Shown here piece after piece: positions 17,976-27,380 of a stretch of DNA of 64,000 bases. The notes beneath the pieces were generated by a model. That model was not told where the DNA came from, searched no databases, and saw nothing but the letters and a program-made list of their open reading frames with translations. A program made the position numbers and the translations under genes. This DNA comes from Barthelona sp. PCE (taxonomy: Eukaryota): NCBI GenBank assembly GCA_040285745.1, contig JAUFOR010000005.1, forward strand, positions 248,001-312,000. The letters run 5' to 3'. Position 1 is the stretch's first letter; each line of letters opens with the position of its first letter.

Positions 17976-20477
17976 TTTATCGAAAAATGAATCACTGAAC
18001 TCCTCTTCGCTCAACACCTCCTCCACATCACTGTCCATTAGGAAGTTATCGAAGAATTCCGACTGCGCTTTGGGTTGATAAGCAAGCAGCAGTGTAGGCA
18101 TAGTTTCAGATTTTGAGATTGTGGAGTTTGTAAAACGACGACCAGTAAAGATATCTGGAACAACACTGAATACATTTTTTGATGTTTTGAAACCCTTGAG
18201 TTTGAAAGCACCTAATAAATTAATGCTGTATTCAGTGACTGGCGTCTCCATATCGATGTTGTTCTGGACCCATTGAGTCACGCTTTTCGACACCAAGATC
18301 TGACCACCCTCTGCCAGCGATGAAATGCGAGCCGCTAAGTTGACATCAGTACCGAAAAAGTCAAGGCGGCGGTTCACAGTGTTCAGTTTAACCTTGGGGT
18401 TACCAAAAGACAGACCCATCTTGATACGAGGACCGCGCCAGATGAGACGGCGTTGGTCATCGTACATTTCTCCGTAGCGCGGCTGGTTAAGCAGCTTATC
18501 GTGCCAGGGGGCAAGTAACAAAGCTGTTTGAACATAAATGGCAAAGTCTATTGCACGGGCAGGGTTGGAGAAAGCAACCATAAACGTTTCTCCCTCAACC
18601 TTGACCTCGTATCCACCGAACACGTGATGCTGTAGAGCTTGGCGGAATACGTCGCAGTACATCGAAGCTACATAGTCCATGATGTCTGCGTGGCGCGTCC
18701 ACAACAAGGCACCTCCATCGAGCTTCGCAAACAGGATGCACACGTCACCGTATGGTACACTTGGTTGTGTGTCATGGGAAAATGACATGAAACAGAGAGA
18801 TGACGTTGTGGAGCGCGTTAGTAATGTATTTTGCCCACCTACAGGCTGTATCATGAGGGTTTGACTATTCATGGACGTATTAACCATGTTGGAGAACACG
18901 TCAGATGACGAAGAATTGAGGGGTTTGGGGTTGGTTAGGACTTCCGTCGAAAACTCAGCCAGCGAGTGTATCATGACAAATGAAGAGTCGATAGCCTGCT
19001 GTAGGAGCATGTTGAAGATGTCGTTTTGATACGCGTCAAGGCCCTGGTTGATCGCCAAGTTAACAAAGAGCAGTCCGCCATCGCTGTCGCCGCAGGAAAT
19101 TAAGTTCTGCGAGAAAGACTCGATCTTTGAAAAAATGGTAAAGGGGTGGGAGACCATACTGGTCAGAACGATGTTGCCTTCACCGTCCAACGAATCCAGG
19201 GGTATCTCCTTCATCAGGATGAGAGCACCGTCGGTTCGAATCCCGCCAACGGCATAGATGCGGTAGTAGTCTTCTCCCACCTCTGATGGCATCAAGAATT
19301 CGCCAAGCGGGAAGTACGCTGCCTCATGCACAACATCGATAACCTTCAGTTCATTACTCTCTATATCAAGGGATTCAACAAGATTTCTGAACCTTTGGGC
19401 TGCCCACCGGTTGAAAACGATAGCAGCAGGCATTCCGTCGATCTCCTCAATGATCTTTAGCGATTCGCCAAAGCGCGTCACCTTTCCAGTGATTGATGTA
19501 GGCGAGAAGGGCACGCTGAAGAACTTCATGATAGGGTTCGATGGCCACATTGGCGCAAAGATAATGCCATCATACGTGAATCCCTTTTGGTTTGCAATGA
19601 ATCCGACACCACTGTTGCTGGACGCAACAGTGGCACCAAATACTTGTACAGAGTTGCCGTACACCTGTCTAAGTGCAGCAATGCCCGCCTCCTCAACGCC
19701 CTCGGTGCTGAAAACCATAACGAATTCAGGTGGTTCGCTAATGGAAACACGAGATCTCTGGGCGGTTGTGATGAGGGTATCTGTCAGCGTGAGTCCCTCG
19801 TCGATGCCCGCGCTGAGGTCGCGCAGCTCCACGCTGTGATTACTGTGTCTGTCATGGATGGCAAAGACTCCAACTGAGTTGGGTTCTGAAACGACACCAT
19901 TGTTTGTCGAAAAGCGATCGTAAGATGTCGTAATGATGAATGGGCAGTCAAGCATCTGGGTGAAATATTTGTGAAGCGACTGAATGGGGAATCCAATTTG
20001 GACGACGAAAAAAACAAAGGTTGGTGCAAAAAGAAGAGAGTTATGAATACAAGTAAGGGCTAGTCTCAGATCTTCTGGGAAGGACTCTTCTGAATCAAAT
20101 TCGAAGACGTGGCTGACGTTATCGACATGCTCCTTCGTCAACCCGCATTTTGGATCGACAGTCGTGAACGTCAATGCCTCGTTCTTACCTGCAAGCAAGC
20201 TCTCATATACGAGAAATTGAAGAGCATAGCTGTGCGAAACAACGTTACCTGATGAATGTCTGAGTAGAACAGGGCAACCAAAATGGTTTGAAACAAGGCG
20301 ACGCAGTTGTTGTGTTGACGTGAAAGGATCTATTGAAAACACCCCTTCTGCTCCTTCATGTTGAACTATTACATCAACTGTATTTGAGAAAAACGCACTC
20401 CTAGTTCTAGGTAGATTGTTAGATAACTCCGGTCCCTGAGATGACCAATTCAAAACAGATGTAGCTTTTTTCAACAT
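17967..20477 (-). CDS. PB1-like + FIST (N and C) + class III nucleotidyl cyclase fusion protein
   Basis: Cyclase: GGYEVKVEGETFMVAF, GPRIKMGLSFG, RLDFFGTDVNLAARISSLAEGGQILVS. FIST-like: VMVFST, VFGATVAS, KVTR...IEEIDGMPAA, FPLG, DGALIL. No TM segments evident. Confidence 0.8.
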   Translation of the reverse strand: MLKKATSVLNWSSQGPELSNNLPRTRSAFFSNTVDVIVQHEGAEGVFSIDPFTSTQQLRRLVSNHFGCPVLLRHSSGNVVSHSYALQFLVYESLLAGKNEALTFTTVDPKCGLTKEHVDNVSHVFEFDSEESFPEDLRLALTCIHNSLLFAPTFVFFVVQIGFPIQSLHKYFTQMLDCPFIITTSYDRFSTNNGVVSEPNSVGVFAIHDRHSNHSVELRDLSAGIDEGLTLTDTLITTAQRSRVSISEPPEFVMVFSTEGVEEAGIAALRQVYGNSVQVFGATVASSNSGVGFIANQKGFTYDGIIFAPMWPSNPIMKFFSVPFSPTSITGKVTRFGESLKIIEEIDGMPAAIVFNRWAAQRFRNLVESLDIESNELKVIDVVHEAAYFPLGEFLMPSEVGEDYYRIYAVGGIRTDGALILMKEIPLDSLDGEGNIVLTSMVSHPFTIFSKIESFSQNLISCGDSDGGLLFVNLAINQGLDAYQNDIFNMLLQQAIDSSFVMIHSLAEFSTEVLTNPKPLNSSSSDVFSNMVNTSMNSQTLMIQPVGGQNTLLTRSTTSSLCFMSFSHDTQPSVPYGDVCILFAKLDGGALLWTRHADIMDYVASMYCDVFRQALQHHVFGGYEVKVEGETFMVAFSNPARAIDFAIYVQTALLLAPWHDKLLNQPRYGEMYDDQRRLIWRGPRIKMGLSFGNPKVKLNTVNRRLDFFGTDVNLAARISSLAEGGQILVSKSVTQWVQNNIDMETPVTEYSINLLGAFKLKGFKTSKNVFSVVPDIFTGRRFTNSTISKSETMPTLLLAYQPKAQSEFFDNFLMDSDVEEVLSEEEFSDSFFDKSL

Positions 20478-20674
20478 AAAATGAAGATATTGGGAAAAGG
20501 AAAAGACGGAAAAACTAAAACGACATATTTAAACTCAGTTCACATTTCCATTCTTGAAATCGTGTGTCGTGAAAGGATAACGAAAGGAAATCATTCGGTT
20601 TCATTCTTTTTACTGTCAGAAAAGGAATATTTCTATCATTAGTTGTGTATTTCAGGTACATGCTAGTAATGCAG

Positions 20675-21202
20675 ATGACCACTCTCAAACTAGATAAAAC
20701 AACGTATACTTCGAATATAGAATGTATATTTGCATCGTTTTGCATAAGCAGGTTTTCTGATTTAGATCTTGAAATTAAGGTGATTTAAATCAATGTTCAT
20801 TTCACTAGAATGGTTAGTTAACTGATTTTTAGAACACTGCCAACATATATTAGCTTGTTAATGTCTTTCAATAATGCTTTACTCCAAATGTTTACAATGT
20901 AGCATTATCAACGAATTTGAGGAATTCAATGGGCACAAAATTCCAGAAAGTTTACAATATCGCCAAATTCGAAACATACACCCTGAAATTCAATTTTTCT
21001 GTTCATTGTCAGATTTTTGACAGTTTTTATGTTTGGTATTGATGCAAATAGAGAGCTTCCACAGAAACAGGGGTTCTTGGAAGAGCATAATGATGCCATT
21101 CCTGAAGAAATTTCATTCTTTGAGGCTATGATATTTATTAACGATAACGCTGCTCCCGCGAACCAAAATTCGTATTTGGAGAAGCTTAAGAACACTGAGT
21201 AG
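20675..21202 (+). pseudogene. Fragmented, possibly spliced gene remnant of unknown function
   Basis: ATG 20675 opens 35 codons up to a candidate intron 20780-20832 ending ACTGATTTTTAG. Downstream protein-like segments lie in different frames (IINEFEEF...SDF, then LTVFMFG...KNTE). Confidence 0.25.
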
Positions 21203-21216
21203 ATATTTATCCTATT

Positions 21217-21951
21217 CTATTCCAATGAATTGCATATTTTGAACTGTTCTACCCAGTTTTTAAGTTGTTGTTGATACTCCTCGCATCTCTTATGCCATCT
21301 CATATCCAGTGTGTGCATCTCATCCTTGTGAGAGTTTTCTAAAGCAAGTATCCTAGTAGTATACATTTTTTGGATTTCCTTGATTTGTCTTTTGTTATTT
21401 TCCAGATTCATATCCTTCTGCATGTCGAGTTCAGCAGATATCTGTTCATTGTAGTTAGTTAATTGCGATTTTGAGACGTTTAACAGTTGAATACTTTCTT
21501 TTTTCAGATCCCTCATGCTTTCTTTAATTAGTAAAAGATTGGAATTAACAGCACTGATGTGGTCGTTTATGCTCTCGAGTAAATTACGTGACAATGTTGG
21601 TTTTAGGAGATCATCTATCTCATTTTTTCTAGGCTCGCTTTTGTCCTCGCAAATTATAGTTGATAAGTGTTCTAATCTTGCCATGCGCTCATCAAGCATC
21701 GTTAAAGCTGGTGCCATTCCGTTATCCGTTCTCTCAGAACCTGCTCTATTCTTTCTTAAAAGAACGCGTTTTGTGATATGTTTCTTAATCTCAAGGTACT
21801 TCGCAAGTACACCTTCATCAGCAATCTGTTGAATAAGTTGTTCAGAAACGCTTAGAAGTTCAAGTAGACAGGTTACTTCAAAGGTCCCTGGTTCAATATC
21901 TCCAAAAAGTAACAATTCACTTAGAGACACTGCTGTTTTTCCCGTTTGCAT
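21217..21951 (-). CDS. Hypothetical coiled-coil protein
   Basis: About 245-aa ORF with heptad-rich C-terminal half; first in-frame ATG at 21951, true start uncertain. Confidence 0.65.
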   Translation of the reverse strand: MQTGKTAVSLSELLLFGDIEPGTFEVTCLLELLSVSEQLIQQIADEGVLAKYLEIKKHITKRVLLRKNRAGSERTDNGMAPALTMLDERMARLEHLSTIICEDKSEPRKNEIDDLLKPTLSRNLLESINDHISAVNSNLLLIKESMRDLKKESIQLLNVSKSQLTNYNEQISAELDMQKDMNLENNKRQIKEIQKMYTTRILALENSHKDEMHTLDMRWHKRCEEYQQQLKNWVEQFKICNSLE

Positions 21952-22463
21952 AAAAATTCGTACCAAAAAAGAAGTACTTGCAATGAAAAGGGATTCAGTA
22001 GAATATACGACATTTTACAGTAAAGTATGAATTGATAGCTATTGAGACGGTATTTAGAATACACACTGCATTCATTATACCAATGATAAGTGATGAATGA
22101 AAAATTTTTGGAAAATTGAAAAAAATTGAAAAAAAATGAAAAAAAAAACAGCCCCATGTGAATGTTGTGGCTACAACAACTCCAAAAATAAACAGAAATA
22201 AGTTTAAAATGAAACATTACAGAACATAACTATAACGTGCATAAAAGGGTTCAAACTAGACAGTCAAAAGCAAGCTTACACCAAACAAGAGCAAAATAAG
22301 TATTAGATTCACATAGGAAAAAAAACATCCAAACAAGACAAACTTTCAGCTACCTTACTGAACTACTGTATTAGAAATGGCTTCAATAAGCACTAGAACG
22401 ACTAAATATGACTGAATAAAGGTGAGAAACTTCCTTTCAATTATTCTACTTTTTTGTTCACAG

Positions 22464-23061
22464 ATGGGGTATTTCCTTCGATTTGCCCAATGCTTATTCT
22501 ACTATTTGAAGTGACTTTCGTAACGTTTTCTTGAAAAGAAGCTGATTCTGTAGTTTTTTAGAATTTTTTAACGTTACGTCGTTTTTCGAATAAGAGATTA
22601 CATTGGGAATGTCCATTTTAAGACGGTAACTTACATTTAGAAAGCCTCGTGGTATTAACGCTGGTAGAAAGTTGCGTAATCATCGTAAGATTCAACGTTG
22701 GGCTGACAAGCGTGTCAAAACCGCCCTTCTCCGTGGTGCTTCAAGCGGTGGTCCTATGGGTGGCGCTTCTCACGCCCTCGGTACTGTTTTAAAGAAAATC
22801 GGTATTGGTCCTAAGCAGCCTAACTCTGCCGTTCGTAAGTGTGTCAGAGTTCAGTTGAACAAGAACGACAAGATCATTCTTGCTTATGTTCCTTGGGATG
22901 GTTCTCTTGGCTACATTCTTGACAAGAACAAGGTTCTTATTTCCGGTATGGGTCGTTCTGGCCGTTGTGTCGGTGATCTTCCTGGTGTCCGTTTTAAGGT
23001 TGTTAAGGTTGGTGCTCAATCTCTCATCGCTTTGTGGAGAGGTCGTGACAAGAACGCTTAA
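22464..23061 (+). CDS. RPS23: 40S ribosomal protein S23 (uS12); exons 22464-22468 and 22641-23061
   Basis: Splicing GT 22469..AG 22640 gives MGKPRGINAGRKL...; KQPNSAVRKCVRVQL and VGDLPGVRFKVVKV are diagnostic. Confidence 0.97.
22469..22640 (+). other. 172-nt spliceosomal intron in RPS23 with a long internal stem-loop
   Basis: GTATTT...ACTTACATTTAG; removal restores the conserved MGK start in frame. Confidence 0.92.
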
Positions 23062-23224
23062 TTAGTTTTTACACAGATCTGATTCTCAGAATAAAAGAAT
23101 ACCATACATTGGTTGTATTAAATCTGTTCGAATTGAGAAAAGACGGCTTTTTGTTTGTTTTTCAATTCATCCCTATTATTATTATTTTGTAGACTTTTGG
23201 GACAGGAAAACACGCTATATATCA

Positions 23225-26179
23225 ATGTCTAGCGTGATAACACAACCTCCTTTGATTACAAACCAGTCTATCAAGGAGAAAATTCCGGTTGAACAAGATT
23301 TTGAGAATGAAGAAGATTTTGACAATGAGGAATCAGTTTTTGCTTTGCGAGATCTCCAAAATGAGATATTTTTATTAAAAAAAGACATAAAGAAGATGAA
23401 TAACCAATGCGAATTTTTGAAGGGTCAGTTAGAGCGTCGCACAAAAATCATGCGTGTACAGAGATCAGAATACTACAAGCAGCTTATGGCATTGAAAGAA
23501 ATGTTATATCAGCGCATGAGATTGGGAGAGGATTACCAGCCGGACCTTTTGCCGAGTTTCGGAAAGGATCTTAACTTTGAGAATGCTAACCAGGGTGAAG
23601 AGTTCAAGAAGAAGGTGTCCAAGCTGGTTAAAGAGCAGACAAGGAAGCTTCAGGAGCGTCATAAGCAGAAGGTGAAAATGGTTGAGGAAAAGATGCGGCA
23701 ACAAGACGAGGAAAACAAGAAAGAGATTGAAAAGCTAACCAAGGAGCACGAAAACGCCGCAGGAGCAAAGAAAGAGCTGGAGCTTGAACTGAAGAGAGCG
23801 TTGGACGAGTATGAAGCTGATGTAAGCAGCATTACTGAGAAATATGAGGGGCAGATCACAGAATTACAAGAAAGCCGTGACAAAGAGGTGTTACAGTTAA
23901 CTAAGGATCTTGCTCGGCTGGAAGATGATTATGAAGAGTCTACGACGCAAATTGCCAAGCTTTCAAAGCTGAACGACGACTTGGACTTGGAGGTGGATTT
24001 CGTGAAGAAGGAGCTTGAAACCAAAACATCTGAGGTCCAGGAACAGAGAGAAGCCATCGAGAGACTCAAGAACTCATCACAGAACTCAACCGAGAAAATT
24101 GACGGACTCACAAAGGAGCTAGACTTTGTCAAGAGTGATTATGACACGTACCGCGATACGACGCAGGAGACAATCAAGTCCCTGGAGTTCGACCGAGATA
24201 GTCTGATGAAACGTGTTGATGCAAAGCGCCAAGAGTGCGAGAAGTTGATGATAGAACTTGATCATGTGAAAAGCGAGGGAGATTCACGCATGCGTGAAGT
24301 ACAAGACCAGTATGAGCGGGCGATGCGCGAGAAGGAGCAGCAAGGTCAGGATACTGAATTGAAGATTAACCGTTTAGAGCGTGATCTTTCGGCGGCAGAG
24401 GAAGAGCTAATCAAGCTGAGAGCTCATATTCGCGATCTCGAAAGCCAGCTCGAGGACGCCACAGAGAATGGTGCTGCAGCACAACAGGCGTTGGAAGATG
24501 AACTCAGGCAGTTGAAGGAGGAGGAAACTGAGAGGCTAAAGGAAATTGCGGCTCTGAAAGAGGAGCTGCTCCAAGCCACCCAGTCTGTGCATGAGACCAA
24601 GGAGCTGGCGCGCCAGGCATCTCAACGGGACATGGAGCAGGAGAGCACCATCATCAGTCTTTCACAACAGATTGCCGACTTGGAAGAGTCCATTAGCAGC
24701 AGTGACGCGGATTTCCAGGTGCTCAAGGGCGAGAATGCTCGCCTTCTAGACCTTGTTGAGCGCATCAAGGCTGAGCGCGACGAAGCAATCGAGCAGGCAA
24801 AGGCAAAGACGAACATGGAATATGTGGCTGAGCCTTTGGATCTTGATAATATCGAAACACACGACATGATGACGTCTATGACGCCGCGCGATATGGACGA
24901 GACCGGAACAATTATGTCTTCCCGCTCATCTTCAAAGCTCACACAGTCCATGTCAAGCTTCCCCCAGATCACCCCCAGCTCCGATCAGTTTATTCGCCAT
25001 GAGCATGAACCTGCCGAAGTATTCATGGATGGTGCCACCACTAACCGCTCAGAGAGCCAGATGTCCACCCACTCGTTCGGAATGGACACAACTGACATAT
25101 TTGGGCGTTTCTCACGTCCTGGTTCAAAAGGTAGTCGCCCTGGTAGCAGTCGCCCCAAGAGCAGCGCATCCCGCCCCGGTAGTAGCAGTGGTCGCCCTGT
25201 ATCCCGTGAGGGTCGCCCTATTTCGCGTGAAAGTCGTCCTGGTAGCAGTGGTCGCACTTCTAGCAGGCAACATAGACCAACTGGTGTCAACGTATACACT
25301 GAGATCACTGATGCAGATCTCGAATATTTGCGTTCAGCAGCAGTTCCAGCATTTACAGATCCGGACAGTGCCTTTGCCAAGAAGCACCAAGAGGTGAAAC
25401 GCCGTCTCGATGATGTCGAGTCGTTAAGCACAATGGTGCAGCAGGCGACCAACCTTGAGAGACAGGTCATAAAGGCCGAATACCAGCTGTTGCGCGAGGA
25501 GGAGCGAAGCAGGCAACTGGATGTTGAGCGTCGTGCACTTGAGGCAACAATTCGCAGCACACAGACGCACGAGGACATCCAGAAGTTGTCCATCTTTGAC
25601 AGATTGGCGGCTCGAGGAGATGAAATGCGCAGACGTATCAATGACCGCAAGTCACAGCTTGAGAGGGAGCGTCAGCGCAACCTTGAGTTAGTGTTGGCTG
25701 CTGTCAATTTATTGGTGAAGCCGGTGATTCCTGCCGTCGATCCAAATGACACCTTTGTGGCAGATTCCGCGTTGTATGGAACTTCAATGGGAGCGATGGA
25801 CAGTACCTTCAAGGCCAATGATAAACAATACACAAAGAAGGCAATTTCCTTGTTAGAGACAGATCCGACGCGTCCGCCGTCACGTGGGCCAAGCGCTGCT
25901 TTGCTCAGCGAAGAGGTGCCACGTGCTATTAAGCCACCGTCATCGCCTCGTGTTGCGAAAACACCCACCAAATCAAGGCCGCTTTCACGTAGCTCACCAA
26001 GTAGCAAACGCAGAGATCGTTTTGACCCAAGGCGAACACAGGTCAAGTCGGCTTCCAAACTGAACAGGAGTGACTTTGCGCGCTTGTCATCACCTTCACG
26101 ACAGGAACGTCGTAGTGCTCTTATGCGAATTCTTAGTCAGGGAGCGAATGAAGGACAGAGTCAAAAGAACACACACTAA
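23225..26179 (+). CDS. Long coiled-coil protein with SRPGSS low-complexity repeats
   Basis: 984-aa ORF with E/K/Q-rich heptads; degenerate SRPGS/SRP repeats at about 25111-25260. Confidence 0.85.
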   Translation: MSSVITQPPLITNQSIKEKIPVEQDFENEEDFDNEESVFALRDLQNEIFLLKKDIKKMNNQCEFLKGQLERRTKIMRVQRSEYYKQLMALKEMLYQRMRLGEDYQPDLLPSFGKDLNFENANQGEEFKKKVSKLVKEQTRKLQERHKQKVKMVEEKMRQQDEENKKEIEKLTKEHENAAGAKKELELELKRALDEYEADVSSITEKYEGQITELQESRDKEVLQLTKDLARLEDDYEESTTQIAKLSKLNDDLDLEVDFVKKELETKTSEVQEQREAIERLKNSSQNSTEKIDGLTKELDFVKSDYDTYRDTTQETIKSLEFDRDSLMKRVDAKRQECEKLMIELDHVKSEGDSRMREVQDQYERAMREKEQQGQDTELKINRLERDLSAAEEELIKLRAHIRDLESQLEDATENGAAAQQALEDELRQLKEEETERLKEIAALKEELLQATQSVHETKELARQASQRDMEQESTIISLSQQIADLEESISSSDADFQVLKGENARLLDLVERIKAERDEAIEQAKAKTNMEYVAEPLDLDNIETHDMMTSMTPRDMDETGTIMSSRSSSKLTQSMSSFPQITPSSDQFIRHEHEPAEVFMDGATTNRSESQMSTHSFGMDTTDIFGRFSRPGSKGSRPGSSRPKSSASRPGSSSGRPVSREGRPISRESRPGSSGRTSSRQHRPTGVNVYTEITDADLEYLRSAAVPAFTDPDSAFAKKHQEVKRRLDDVESLSTMVQQATNLERQVIKAEYQLLREEERSRQLDVERRALEATIRSTQTHEDIQKLSIFDRLAARGDEMRRRINDRKSQLERERQRNLELVLAAVNLLVKPVIPAVDPNDTFVADSALYGTSMGAMDSTFKANDKQYTKKAISLLETDPTRPPSRGPSAALLSEEVPRAIKPPSSPRVAKTPTKSRPLSRSSPSSKRRDRFDPRRTQVKSASKLNRSDFARLSSPSRQERRSALMRILSQGANEGQSQKNTH

Positions 26180-26214
26180 CTGTACACTCGTGTTTCTGTA
26201 AATAATTCGCTTTA

Positions 26215-26694
26215 TTATATTATCCTGAGGATAAGTGTTTTCTTATCTATTTGTAGTTGTTCAATTGTTCTATTCAATGGAAGCTCTGTCTCGGTGTCAT
26301 TTTCACGTAAGAAGAGTGCCAGTCTCCGCCTTTCATTACTCCTATTGTTCTTAATCCGCAAATTCAAGTCCCTATTCAGTTGATCGAGGATCCTTCCCAA
26401 TTTATACGACTTCTCAAAATAACATGATGCAAATTGTTCTTTAGGCTCGACTTCCACAAAGAAATCGACTCTCCTGATAGGATCAATGTTGTCGTTACCG
26501 ATAACGATACTTTTTGTGGGTGTATGTCGAGGTTGGAGTGTTTGGCTACCTCTTAATGTTTGTTTAGCATTTCTGCAGTTGTGGTCGTAAGGAAATCGAT
26601 GTTCTCGACAATAAACGTTGTTACACTCCATACATCTTAGAGTAGCAGTTTCAGAACAGATTGCACATGGTATTGATGTTTTATGAGAAAACAT
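26215..26694 (-). CDS. AN1-type zinc finger protein with a C-terminal ubiquitin-like domain (ZFAND1/Cuz1-like)
   Basis: CAIC...CMECNNVYCREHRFPYDHNC; C-terminal FEKSYKLGRILD...NNRS...RLALF; ATG at 26694. Confidence 0.75.
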   Translation of the reverse strand: MFSHKTSIPCAICSETATLRCMECNNVYCREHRFPYDHNCRNAKQTLRGSQTLQPRHTPTKSIVIGNDNIDPIRRVDFFVEVEPKEQFASCYFEKSYKLGRILDQLNRDLNLRIKNNRSNERRRLALFLRENDTETELPLNRTIEQLQIDKKTLILRII

Positions 26695-27067
26695 TTGTGG
26701 AAATTTGATGTTTTGTGCTGAAATACGAGTTTTAAAAGGAACAAAGTGGCCCAAGCAAAGAGGGATAGAAATGTTAAAACATTAAACTGTTCAATTCTCG
26801 GTTCCACATAATTTCTCTACGCCATACTGTTTTTACTTGCTTTCGGTGAAGCCGTGTGTGTAGTTTGTAGAGGGAAAGAGCACTTTTGTGGGCCTTAATA
26901 TTTATTACTTTTTTGTGAGTTGAAGTAGTGTTAGTATGACAACCAAGTTTCAAAAAACAATATTTACAATAATATACTAATTTTAAAGACACAAAAAATT
27001 ACAAGACAACAAGACAACAAATTATACACTATTAAGACTAATGAGAATCTTTAAAATACGAAAAACA

Positions 27068-27204
27068 CTTAAAATTAGTAACATATTGTAACGTTGTTAT
27101 AATAACAACTAAGTCAGATAATATTTTCCGCATGAGGTTCCGAAGAACTAAAATGCTTACTCGGTCAGGGATACGTTTTCATCATTGACAATAGTTTAAC
27201 ATAC
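27068..27204 (-). other. Candidate 137-nt intron of an apparently non-coding host transcript
   Basis: Donor GTATGT at 27204; 3' end ACTAATTTTAAG with the same branch-point spacing as the other introns; encloses the C/D RNA. Confidence 0.55.
27114..27185 (-). ncRNA. Candidate box C/D snoRNA
   Basis: Minus strand: box C ATGATGA (27185-27179), 10-nt guide AAACGTATCC, D' CTGA (27168-27165), GTTC-TTCG-GAAC hairpin, C'-like ATGCGGA, 9-nt AAATATTAT, box D CTGA (27117-27114); flanking AACTA/TAGTT can pair. Confidence 0.7.
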
Positions 27205-27380
27205 ATTGAATTGTTTTAAATAAGGAAAGAAATGAAAATGCAAATTTTCTGCTTGTTTTTACAGCTACATTCTTTTCCTGCCGTACAAAGAATGAAATAC
27301 CTTCAGAACTCCGAACGAGTGTGCAAAATAATGTGAGTTTGTTCCTCTTCAGATTAAAAACTATAATAGTTCGAATTGAA

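Noticed and set aside
20833-21050. TAA/TAG read as Gln (hexamitid/ciliate code) to rescue the fragmented gene
   Set aside because: Conserved genes (RPS23, DnaJ, PCYT2, SLC12) end at TAA or TAG at the expected positions and have no internal stops.
12534-25650. Long antisense ORFs (12534-13166, 24985-25650 and others)
   Set aside because: They are shadows of GC-rich central parts of real genes, with no motifs of their own.
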